Shown piece after piece: positions 51,438-64,000 of a DNA stretch of 64,000 nucleotides (positions are counted from its first letter, which is position 1; each line of letters opens with the position of its first letter). The notes under the pieces are model-generated. The model saw only the letters and a program-made list of their open reading frames with translations, was not told the DNA's origin and did not search any database. Source of the DNA: Eledone cirrhosa (taxonomy: Eukaryota). The stretch is from positions 101,060,001-101,124,000 of the forward strand of contig OZ024740.1 of assembly GCA_964016885.1 (NCBI GenBank), written 5' to 3'. A program made the translations under genes and the position numbers.

Positions 51438-54400
51438 ATAGATAGATGTATACATATATATATATGCTTATGTATGTGCATATGTGTGTGCATCTGTGTG
51501 TGTGTATACTTGTTAACATACAAATGTTGACTTGATTGCAACTTCACTGAATGTTATGATACAACATTTGCCTTTTTTACAGTATTTCTTCACCTTTAGT
51601 TCAGTCTAATACATTCTACCCCCTGACCTCTCATTGCAATGGCAGCTCCCAACAACCAACACAACTGCCACCACTGCCAACGCCACCAACAACAATAACT
51701 TCTAACATCACCTGGTAGCACTGCCAACACCACCAACAGCATCAACAGTAGCAGCAGTTATGCATCCTTGTGATCCACATGATAACTAATTAAAGTAATT
51801 ATATAGTACAACTGATAGGGAAGGCAGTGATGAGAATGCTCTCTTTGAAAAGATATAATGAAAAATAAACACAAACCAGAAATTAAAAAAATTATAGGAA
51901 AGAAAATTTCATTGGCTGTTAATTGGTTATTCTGCCAATGCAATAATTTATAAGATTTCTGTACATACTCATTATAACTTCTCTCCATCCTCTCCCAATC
52001 CACTATCTTTTGACTTTCATTCTTTCACTCCTTTTACATTTATTGCCAATATTCCTCATAGGTTATGGCAAATGATGACAACATACTTCACACCATAACA
52101 GGACTTCAGATTTCTCCTTTGTGGACTAAATTTGTTGATACATAAATGTTGTGTTGTTAAGATATACAATATCACCATCCTAATCAACATCATCCGCTTC
52201 AACCTTATCGTCATCATCCTTTTCATTGTTCTTGCTTAATAATTTTGCTATAAATAAAAGGTCAAGAGAACTCTTCAGCTGTATCAAAGACATAACGACA
52301 TTCCTAGTGCTGGTTCCAAGATAAAATGAACTCGATAGAGCATGGGAATATATATATACAAGATGTAGGCCTCCCCAGCCCTTCTGAGAAGTCAATAGCT
52401 CTGCTTGAGTACCAACATGGGAGCATGGAAAACATATAATTATGATGGTGGTAATGATGGTGATGATGATGATGATGATGATGGTGATGCTGCTGCTGCT
52501 GCTGCTGATGATGATGATAATGATGATGATGATGATGATGATGATGAGGAATGCAGCAAATTGGCAAAGTTGTTAGAGCATCAAATTAAATGATTCCTGC
52601 TATATGTTGTGGCTCTGTACTCTACAATTAAATTCTGCCTTCTATTTTTTGGGGGGGTTAATAAATAAAGAACCAGTCCAGGGTTACATAGACTGGTATA
52701 ATTATTAGAGTGTTAGAAATGATGCCTTGCGGTATCTCTTTATATTTTGAGTTTGCCTACAATGTCACATGTATTGAGCTGTATTGACCCTGTCTTTCTT
52801 TTGGACAACACCAGTGACATGGACAGGGGGAGAATTACATGCACAGAAAATTGCTGATTTTTCATAAAAACCTGACCCAAGCAGGCTCCTTGGAGAGGAA
52901 ATATTCAAGTGCTAATCTATGGTATGTAAGGATAAAGACCCCTGTCAGTCACAAATGACCATTGGATTTGAACCTAGAATGTTCCCCTCCGAGGCACAAG
53001 TCCAAGCAAGGTTGTTTTTGTGGAAGACCAGCAATTGCCCATGCATACCAGTCTCCCCTTGCCATACCACCGATGTTGTTAAAGGGAAAGTCAATGGCCG
53101 ATACTGCTTGGTATCAGTGATATTGCAACTCATTTCTACAGTTGAGTAAACTGGAGCATTGTGAAATAAAGTGTCTTCCTCAAGAACGCAATGCAAAGCT
53201 CGGTCCGAGAATTGAATGCACATGGTATATTGAGGTTCCATATTACCTAAATGTGAGAAATAAGTACCAGATTTATTTTCTATGGGGATTGTTTCCTGCA
53301 ATAGACAATTATCTTATCCATGAAGAAATATATCTGTTAGCTGCTTTACAGCTTTCTTTGTTTTCCATTTTTTTTATTTATCTTTATGCTTATATTGCCT
53401 CCTGTTGGCCATTCCTATTTAATTATACTGTTTTTATTTCATTTTTATATTCACTTATCTCTGTCTATCTCGTTTTTTTTCTTCTCAACTGCAAGAAGTA
53501 CTAGATACTTCCTCTAGTCTTTCATGGATTAATAGCCCTATAGAGACATTTAAATTGATTAAATAAATAAATATCTCTCATCCACTCATCAACATATACT
53601 TACAGCCTGGGAGGTAGACTTAATTTGTAACTGGGTTTAACACCTACAATCGGTCCTTGGGTGCTTCTAGTGGAATCCATTCATGCCAAATCTTTGGTTT
53701 GAGGATGCCTTCCATCCTCCTATCCTCCCTCCCATCGAGCATAGAGTCTGCATTGCCCATTGCCCATTTTCTTTGATTCTTATTCTTTTGACCCATAACT
53801 CCTGATGGACTCATTAGCATTATATAGTGACATATGGCGTTTCTTGAGCATTTTGTTTATATCTGGCCCTCCAAATCTGAATACTGCTGATTCTTTTCCA
53901 AAGTAAGGAAAAAGAATGACAGAGAGGAAGGGAGAAATGAGATATAGAGGGAAAATCAACCCCAGTACTAAACTGGTACATTTTTATCAACCTCAGAAGG
54001 ATGAAAATCAAAGTTGACCTTAGCAGGATTTGAGTGCAAGGAACCAGAACAAATACTACACATCATTTTACCTGATATTTTAATGACTCTGCCAATTCAC
54101 CACCTTCTTTTCCTAATTAAACAGTTTAAAAAAATAAGCCTTAACCTTCAGATCTATCTAGGCACTAAAATATAATTCACCTTACATTAAAAACTATTAC
54201 TGATATTATTCTACCTGGTCTATATAGGTATTTTGTACTAATGGTTATCATTTATATAGTCCTCTTGCTAATGATCAATTAATATTTAAATAATAGAATT
54301 GCTTGAAGCCACGTGTTGACTTTCTAATGCGTCAAGTGTATTATTTTGGTCTTATTCTTTAAAGCTGTAACATTTTCTTTGTGATAATTGAGTCAAACCA

Positions 54401-55212
54401 ATTTTTGTTTTAATTGATTCTAGTGGGGGTTGGGTCATTTTGATTAACTGTACTCATTTAAATGATACACAAAAAAAACACACACATATAAATACACATC
54501 ACACAACACACAAGATAAGAAATTTCTTTGTCGCTGGACAAAATCTATTTTAATAATTTCTTACAAATATAAATCATAATTTATTCAAATTAAACATTAT
54601 CTATACTATATTCACTCAAATACTTCCATTTTAGTAACAGAAAGACTAGATAGACCTGTAAGCAATTTTCTTTTATTACAGAATAATGATTTCTTTATTG
54701 ATTCTTTATTTATTACAGAATAATAAATACAAAATATAATTATATTTGTAAATACATCAAAATTATTTTCCTCTTCTGGAGGACATAAAATTATGATTGC
54801 CTTGTTTGTTTTGAATTCACCCCAGTGATATATATTTTATCAACTGAGAAACTTATCTGAGGTTTTCTAAAACCTGACTTCATGAAAACTATTGAAAAGA
54901 GAAAGTCATTTTTCTATTTTCCTATTTTTTATTTTTTACATATTATTTTTCTATTACCTTTACAAAATTATTTTACAGTGTTGGTATCACTATGCAATCA
55001 GTACACTTTATAAAGTAGTTGGTATTTCAATGATAATAATATAGTGTACAGCGGACTCTTCCGTCATGTCAAGGACATAACAAGCACTATAGTGCTAGTA
55101 ACATAATAAATTACATGAAGTACACTTTGCAAAGTGGTTGTCATTAGGAAGGGCATCCAATCATAAAATCCATGCTGAACAATAAACATAGTCAAGTGCA
55201 ATGTGGTACATA

Positions 55213-55379
55213 CCGTATTTCCCGGCTTCGAAGATGCTGCTTTTTTTCTAAAATAAGTCTCAAAAATCTACCATGCATCCTGGAGGACAAAGGTTGTTCA
55301 TTATTTTTTTTCAAATTTTTGGTTGTCAAAATTAGGGGCGTCCTGGAGGACAAAACGTCTTCAACGCCAGAAAATACGG
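55213..55379. mobile_element. Tc1/mariner-superfamily (pogo-like) MITE
   Basis: TIR ccgtatttcccggcttcgaaga / tcttcaacgccagaaaatacgg, TA on both sides, internal repeat tcctggaggacaaa twice; nested in an older GAT-tailed repeat. Confidence 0.85.
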
Positions 55380-56366
55380 TATCTAAGATGACAGTAGTGC
55401 AACAAAACACATACTTGGCTTGTAATAAATATCCCATCTATGCCATGCTATCATGGAACAAATGTAAAATGGTGATAATGATGATGATGATTAGTAGTCT
55501 GGAGATTCCTCATAGAAAATGTAGACCCTCTCAAACTGATAAGGTTGTTGCTTAAATATTTACAAATACTTGTTTGAAAAACAAGGACAGAAAGGGAGTC
55601 ACTGAGGGTTTCATTTCTGGAAATAATGGTCCAGCTGAAATTTTTAGTCTGGCGTTTTGTGAGGAGCAAAACAAAAGGGATGAACTGTGTGGTACGCAGC
55701 TTGCTAATTTAGATAAGAAGGAACTATTATAGAAGAAATAAATAGAAGGTAGAATATCAGTATATTAGTTACTGTACAAACACAGCATAGTTGAATGGCG
55801 AAGACGTTTGTTTCACAATCATGGCATTTTGCGCAACTGGTGTCATTTACCATAGCCTCAAATCAACTTTAGATTTGTGAGTAAAAGAGGTTAGACAGAA
55901 CTTGTTTTAAATCACATCAGATGGACTGTACATGCAATTCAAAAGGGCAGTATTATCACATGGAATCTCTTTGTGAAATCTCAGGCATATGTTCATTACT
56001 TTCTTAAGCAGGCTGTTATGTTTATCAAACAACTGGAAAACACCTGGTGGAAACTAATGGCTGTAATATATCAAGCAATGAAAGTTTGCCAATCCATCAC
56101 ATAGCTTGTCTTTGGATATGATCTACAATGTTTCTGTGTGTTTGGTTGCTACTCTATCCCAGGTGTGTGAATGATACTCTAATTTGGGATTCACTTTTGT
56201 ACAGGATATACAGGATCAGTAAATAGTCAAAGCTATAGCAATTTTTAAGCCATGAAAAAAGCAATATCATATATTTATTAATGTTTGAGCATTTTAATAG
56301 TAAGTTGCTCAGCAACAGAGAGTGTGTAGTATTATCATTATTGCTATTGGTGTTGGTGGATTGGCA

Positions 56367-56557
56367 GGGCGGTGGATTGGCAGTATCGGTAGAGGGTCGG
56401 ATGCCATGCTTTGACGCATAGAGTTACAGCCCTTGCCCTTCTGAGTTCAAATCCTGCCGAGGTTAACTTTGCCTTTCATCCTTACAGGGTCGATAAAATA
56501 AAGTACCAGTAATGCACTGGGTAATTGCTGGCCTTGTGCCAAAAGTAGAAACAATTA
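56367..56557 (+). mobile_element. tRNA-derived SINE, full length
   Basis: A-box-like tggcagtatcgg, B-box gttcaaatcc, Meta-like core gcctttcatcctt..gggtcgataaaataaagtaccag and (ATT)-type tail. More decayed copies at about 53960-54105 (-) and 60925-61025 (-). Confidence 0.9.
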
Positions 56558-58525
56558 TTGTTATTGTTGTCTAGTCCCAGATCAGCATTAGTTGAGTAGG
56601 TACATGATCAATGATATTCCAGATATAACCAAACATCTTTGTGTATATCTATGTCTACGCTATCCAATGTAACTCTTTCTCTTTTTAAATGATGGGTTGA
56701 AATTTGAGGAAAATTTGCTTATTTTCCAGCAAGTTGAGAAACTGTATAAATACTCCATTATTGTATTACTGGGTTCGATGCAGTTGAAGGAGACCACATA
56801 GGTGTGACAACATTGAGGGATATTGTAAAAGTTTGTTGATTTTAGTCACAGAACGCATTTACCTATGATTAAAGGTGTTCCAGCTAGGATCATGTCATTC
56901 TTTTGGGGAGCATTGCCTATTTAGGACTACATTATCCAATGTGTCCCTCCATTTTCAAGAGTATAAAGTATAATTTGAAAGAGTTTGAGCTGCTATCTCT
57001 AGCAGATCAAAAGATAATACAGAGGCTTTTTTGTTGAACTTTTTTATTGAGGCTTTGATGTTGGGAGTAGCATATATCTGCTGTAATGTTTCTTTAATAT
57101 GTGGATGGAATTTATGTATGAAAAATTAAAAAGGGAAAGATATCATCATCTGTATTGAAGAATATTTAGATGAAAATAACATGAGTCTCATTGATGTAGA
57201 GACGCAGGTGGCATGGCTATGTGATTAGGAAGTTTGTTCCATAACTACATGGTTTCAGCTTTAACTCTTAAGTACACAGGCAAAATATTTTTGAAAAGTA
57301 CTTTCACTAAACCATATAGAAATTTAAAGATTTTCTCAACAAACTATCCACTAGTAATGATAAAATAAACATTTGAATTAACAAACCCAAGATTAGATAT
57401 TTTCTGCTAAATCATTGCAGGAGATTAAGGCATAATTTCACAATACAGTCCTTTGTATACATGTCCTACAATATATTTTTGTGTCAACAAAAGCCTCGCA
57501 TGTGTAATTTGGTAGATGGAAACCATCTGAATACATGTAGGAGTGACAATTTCTGTTTGTAGGTTGCGAACTTTATCCACCACCTGGTTCGTAGTTAATA
57601 CTTAATCTTGGGATTTGTTTAGCTGAATCCAGTCTCTTGCAAGAAATCAGACCAGATCACCTGAGGATATCTTTCTCCTGCCAGTCTCTGAGGCATTATA
57701 AAGAGTGATGAATACTGCCTTTTCTCCTCTGACAAATTCATTTGCAGGAAAAAAAAATAGCAGTGTGTTGAATAATCAAAGACTGAGGTGCATCAGTTTT
57801 AATTTGAACTCAGAATTTAGAAAATTAAAATTAAATGTTGTAAGGTATTTTAATCTACCACACTAATATTTTGTTTTCGATTACATTTCTCTTTATTTCT
57901 GTAATAAATATTATTTATAGTCAAGGTGAATAGAAGGCTATAAATATTATTTGCGCAAAAAATGAGTACAATGAATGAACACTCAATTAGTATTTGATTT
58001 ATTAACAAAATGATTCTAGAGGTACAAAAAAACAAGAGATCATTCATGTTTATTGAAGAAAACATTTAACTTTTTCTCATAAAAACTAACAACAACAGCA
58101 ACAACAAAAAGCCGAAAGTATCAGTAACAAAACTAACAAACAAAATAAAACAACAAAAAGAAACATACACAGAACATAAACAGACAAATATAAAATGCAT
58201 AAAATATGTAAATAAATAACAAATATAATAAAAATAAAGGAAAACCAACAAAAACACACAAAAAAATTGTCTTTTTCTCTGTTTCACTCTCTAAGATAAA
58301 TTTCACCCAAACAAAAATTTCTTCTCTCTTTTGAGTAAAAATATTATTTCCAAAATTGGAGGTCACAAGAGATATAAACTATAAGAATATTTACACACCA
58401 TTGTAGATTGAAAAACATATTTTTAAAAATATTAACTTTCACAGAATAGGAAAGACATATGTATACACACACACACACACATATATATATACATATGGTA
58501 TGTATATATATATATCGTATGTATA

Positions 58526-58800
58526 TCATCATCATCATCATCATCATCAACGTTTAACGTCCGTGTTCCACGCTTGCATGGGTTTGGACGGGGGTTTTCC
58601 CACTTGAGGCAAGAGTGATTGTCTTGCTCACATAGGACTGTCTGGCAGGTTTTCTACAGTTGGATGCCCTTCCTAACACCAACCACATTTACAGTGTGGG
58701 TCTGGGAGGTTTTTACCGTGTTGCCTACACGGCCACATTACAGCGTGGACTGTGTGTTTTTTTGTCGTGACACCTACACGATCTCATTTGTTTCGGCCTG
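58526..58800 (-). mobile_element. RTE-type 3'UTR / GAT-tailed repeat
   Basis: (CAT)n followed by cgtttaacgtccgtgttccacgcttgcatggg...ggatgcccttcctaacaccaacc. Confidence 0.75.
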
Positions 58801-58980
58801 GATGGTGTGGCACCAACATAACTTTACATAGAAGGGGGCGGTGTGGATGGGGTGGGGGTGGTGGGACGGATGCATGTGTGTGTGTGTATATGTCTATATT
58901 TATATGTATATATATATGTATATCTATGTGTATATGTATATATATGTATACATATGTATATATATATATATATACATATG

Positions 58981-59011
<31 letters not shown>

Positions 59012-59103
59012 GTGTATATTTATATGTATATGTATATTTATATGTATGTGTACATGTATATCTAAGTGTATATATGTGTATATATATATATATGTATATT
59101 TGA

Positions 59104-59155
<52 letters not shown>

Positions 59156-59489
59156 ATGTGTCTGTGTCTGTGTCTGTGTATAGTGTGTATGTAATTGTGT
59201 GTAAGTATGTATGAAAGGGAAAGAAAGAATAAAAACAGAATGCTTACTTCAACAAGAAAAATATGTAAACAGCCAATATTTCAAAACTGATAACATCTAT
59301 AAATTTATAATTAAATTTTGTGGACTTCCAATAATCATAATTCGTTTTTACCAAAAACTTTTGACATATAGATTGTCAGGTTTTCATTTGATTGGCCTTC
59401 CAATAGATCTCAAATGTAATACTGTGTTGAATTTGTCAGGTGAAATTGGTGGAGGTGTTTGTTTGTATACACACTCAAAAACTCATACA

Positions 59490-59548
<59 letters not shown>

Positions 59549-59981
59549 GAAAACTATATATATATATATATATATACACATACATATGTGTGTGTGTGTG
59601 TGTGAGAATGAGAGAGGTGGTGAGGGAGAGACAGAAAGGATGAGAAAGAGAAAGGGGATAGAGATATTTGGCTGTGCAAATGAGAGGAAAAAAAACTCAA
59701 TGTATGAGTAGTGTAACATATATTGTATTATCGCTGTGAAACTATTCCAGCAAGTCATGTGCCAGGAGTTTTGTGGCCATCCAAAACTAAATACTAGATT
59801 TACTGGTATAGCTTGACAGTTATAACACACAGACCCACACACACAAACACATTCAGATATGCAAACACGCATACACATATGTATTATATATATATTTATT
59901 TAATTAGTAGCAGAGTTTAAAAGTGAAGCAGGAAGAACACATTCTTGATACAAAAGAATCAAAGTATTCCTATATATGTAT

Positions 59982-60067
<86 letters not shown>

Positions 60068-60307
60068 GAAAAAGATATCGTATTTTACAAAAACAATATA
60101 AAAAATTATAAACATAGGTGGAGAAGTTAAAAACAGCTCAAAATATAGTGATTTATAAGCAATACAAAAGGGTATGTTTGATACTTCTTTGAAAGAATTT
60201 TCTAAACAAGCATGTATACAAAATTCTATTATGCTACAAATAATAATTACACATGAAGTAAATTATTCATTAAAGTAAATACCAAATACATATTTACATT
60301 AAATGTC

Positions 60308-60350
60308 GATTTACGAACGTTTCGTCCCCTTCATGGGACTTGTCAAAATC
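60308..60350 (-). ncRNA. Hammerhead motif with U3-A8 core variant
   Basis: gatt-TTGACAA-gtccc[atgaag]gggac-GAAA-cgttcg-TA-aatc: 4-bp helix I, 5-bp helix II and a compensated core pair. Confidence 0.7.
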
Positions 60351-61672
60351 AGTTATTTCAGATTAAAAACCTCATTATAAATCTCACCAACCCACTCAAC
60401 ATACATATATTTATGTGCATCATTCTTTATATTAACTTTATCTTCTCTGTGCTTCGTAAAGTTATGAGGGAACAGCTACATACACTTGATATTTGTTGAC
60501 ATCTGAAAGCTGTGATTCAGTTATCTAATTTAAGATGGTAAGAATTGTCCCTTGATTTCATGCTCTAAAGTGGTTAACTGTCATCTGGGAGATATGCGGT
60601 TGATTCTTCATAGTGACTGATAGTAACTTCTTTTTCTGTCTTTAAATGGTCTTCACCCTATTTTATAAGCTATTTTATTGCATCTCCACACATGAGCATC
60701 TTATTCTTTATATTAAATATATATATGTCTGTATAATACATATATATATAGTTGTATATATATGTATATGTGTGTGTGTGTGTGTGTGTGTAGATCCCGG
60801 GGTTAAATCGGGGGTAACCACAGTAATAAAGTAGTCAATATATTAGTAGAGTGTGAACATCATTACTTAATGTAGAAATGGCATCTATGGGACTAGAATT
60901 GTTTCATTCATATGAAATGATCGAATGGATGAAAGGCAAAGTAGTTCTCAGAAGGATTTGAACTCAGAGAACTGAAATGAATACTGCAAAGCATTCTATC
61001 TGACATTCTGAGACTTCTGCCAATGTAATACATTTGGAATAAAGTTTAATATTGCTATGTTTTCTGGTTTATTTGCACATCTTCAGAGTTAGTCATTATG
61101 GCACAACCTGCACATATATGTATGTGTGTGCACAATAATGCACATGTGTAGGTGTGTGAGCATGTATGTATTCAAGCACACACATGTGTATGCCTACTCC
61201 TATGTATATGTGGCATAATAATCAACAAATGGTGAAGACACTCTACATCAGAAGAAAAGTTATATAGTTACTTAATAAGAATATGTCAGAAAACTATTTA
61301 AGGTTACCAGCTGGTTTCATGCCAAATCCAGATTTCTTTTGTTGGCAATGGTATATGTCACCTTTGCTTGGTATTTATTCAAACCCTAAATGCTTACAAA
61401 TAGCTGATTAATAGACTGATAGAAATTATGAAAAGTGTATGATATAGTGGGTGGAGAGCAGAGAGGCAAAGAGACAACCCAGTAACTGTATGTATGTATG
61501 ATATATATGTATAATATATATGTATATTAATAGTCTGTGGTACAGAGACAGAGAAAACCATAAATCAGAATAGTACTCAATACAAGGTATGATGCAAACT
61601 GGGTATATTAGTGAAGTAGAGGATCAACCCCGTGACTCGCAGTCAATCTTCTACTTCACTAATATGTATATA

Positions 61673-61732
<60 letters not shown>

Positions 61733-63470
61733 TTTAAGATAACAGGAGGCTGGACTGGTGATGTTCCTTTAAAGTTTTATTGTTTCAAAAACACTATATA
61801 TATACTTCAATGTCCTGGTTATGTATGATCCTGGTGTCATAATCAGGTACAGATTGCATAATTTATTAATCAATAAAGGGATTACACCAAACACACACAG
61901 AGAACAGAAAAATATATAGAAAATATTTGATTAAGAGATGGCTTGTGAAATAGGTGTTATTGTTGTTGTAGACCATCTCTGAATGATAAGCTCATCAATG
62001 TAAAGCATTGTGGGTTTGGTAGGTAGAACCATGATGGATGTGGGGCTTGTGTGGTTGCAACATATATCCTGCTGTTATAGATACTGTTATGCAATTAATT
62101 ATAGCCACCTGGACCACAGCCACAGAGATGAAGGGCTAAAATTCTGTGTTAATATATACTGACCAAAACCAGCTAATTGTGATGGTGGAGAAGATCAGAT
62201 TACAGTAGATATGTTCTATGGTAGTCAAGAGGGTTATACAAATTTATAATACGTTTTTTTGAAAAGTAATAAAAATTTGTAAAAAGTAATGAAAATTGGG
62301 TTGAACGCCCTGTTTAGTAAATGAACAAAAATGAATTATGAAAAATACATTATGTAAAAACTAAATTTTGAAAAAGTATAAATTTTAAAAATTTGTAAAT
62401 GAGGGGTAAATATAGATATAAATATAAATATATATTATTCATTGCCAGTGGTTCGTTAAAATAATAGATCTAGTTCACACTTACATGTATGGGTTTGCCT
62501 TGTGAAAGAAAAGACAAGCAGTGTGGTTTGGCATTCTATAACAACTAATGTGATGACTCTCCTCATCTCTGCAAGGTCTATAAAATGATATACCAGTACT
62601 GAGTATAGTCATATACTGAAGATGGGGAAATTATTTAATTCCAAGCACTGAAGGAATGGAAATAAATTCTAGTGACTTGTGTGTACCTCGGAAAGCCCTT
62701 AGATAGTCAGTTGGTGTTGTAACACATACCAGATAATTATCAATAGCAGTGATGCTAATAATCATGATGATAGAATTGTTGGCAATGGGTAAATTTGCAA
62801 GTATATAGTTGAAGGTAAAATTGAAGAAATAAAAAATGAAATATAATAAAATTAAGTTAAATTTAAGTTAGAATAAATTTAATTAAAATTAGATTGAATC
62901 CTTAGCTAGTGTTAGGTCTTATGAGTCACTTAATATTAGATTCCATATGGAATATAATATGATTATATACTATAAAATAACATATCAAAATATAGAAATG
63001 CTATATTTTGTAGTATGTATGTCCCTGTGTAGTTATTATAATACAAGATAACTATATCGAATGTTAGGCAGGGAGAGAATTTCATGGGGGCGGGATAATT
63101 AAATATACGTATAATTAATGGATAGTAAATAAGTGAAAGAGATAGTGAAATGCAATTAATGAATGATGATAATTAATACCTCTTTGAAGCTATTGGAACA
63201 GGGACACTACTGAAACATGTTGTACTACATATGAGGTATAAGATAACCTATAAGTTAAGGTTTACACAAGCTATATCTGAAATAAAATAAAAAATAAAAA
63301 TGAAAATGTAATTGAATAATATGTAATATAAGATCTGAGATACAATTTTCAATATAAATACTTGAAAAAACAGGTTAGAATGCTTTTTCTACAATTACAT
63401 CATTGTTAACTGAACGGAAATGACCAGTTCTATCAGGTGGTGAAGCACAAAACAAATGACTATATATATA

Positions 63471-63516
<46 letters not shown>

Positions 63517-64000
63517 CCAAGATAAAAAGTTCCCAGTATACTCCGTAAATTGGTTTGCTTTAGGAAAGGCATGTAGTTGTAAAAACTATAAAAAATTGTA
63601 TGCTTCTGAGCAAGACGTAGTCCCGTGACAATCTAGGGAAGGGTATCTCCCATTAAGTACTAATGTGGTCAGTAGAGCTCAGTCCATTATGGAAAATTGA
63701 ACATAAAAGGATAATGATATAAACATCATGGTGGTGGATGGTAATAATGTTTGTTGTGAAGCAATAGTTAGGAAAGAGGGCTTGTTACTCCACATAATTA
63801 TTATTGTAGAACACATCAGACAAATCCGTCTCTTCCCCCCTTATATGATTAATCATATTCTTTTTGGAGTTTTTATTCTAGGTCAGTGTGAGTTACATTT
63901 AACAATGATTATACATATTTTTCTCTCAAGTACATGGGTCTATGTGTGCGTGTGTGTTTGCGTTTGTCTGTATGTATGTTGAAATATATATATATATAGT

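Noticed and set aside
52405-52593. Acidic D-rich or poly-H ORFs
   Set aside because: This is the (GAT)n/(GCT)n tail of a GAT-tailed repeat.

Overview
AT-rich, microsatellite-dense eukaryotic DNA made almost entirely of transposable-element copies and remnants. The repeat repertoire looks cephalopod (octopus-like); this is an inference and no search was run. There is no complete host gene. One convincing isolated + strand exon (19973-20033) and a few possible microexons suggest the window is mostly intron. Recognisable elements: a near-full-length but disrupted CR1-group LINE (about 1.2-5.3 kb, minus); many RTE-clade LINE fragments with (GAT)n tails; an R4/Dong-like 3' end in (TAA)n; a Tx1/L1-like 3' end in (GATA)n; a decayed Naiad-type Penelope-like element (PLE) and a second PLE GIY-YIG fragment; tRNA-derived SINEs; hAT, pogo and piggyBac-like MITEs and transposase relics. 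The most striking structure is a set of short non-coding units next to (TA)n tracts, concentrated at 35.7-40.7 kb with others at 46 kb and 60-61 kb. They carry minimal hammerhead-ribozyme motifs, including U3-A8 core variants, and are often folded into inverted repeats, one of them a 404-bp spacerless palindrome. All calls were read by eye, so element ends are approximate to tens of bases unless a TSD or TIR is cited.
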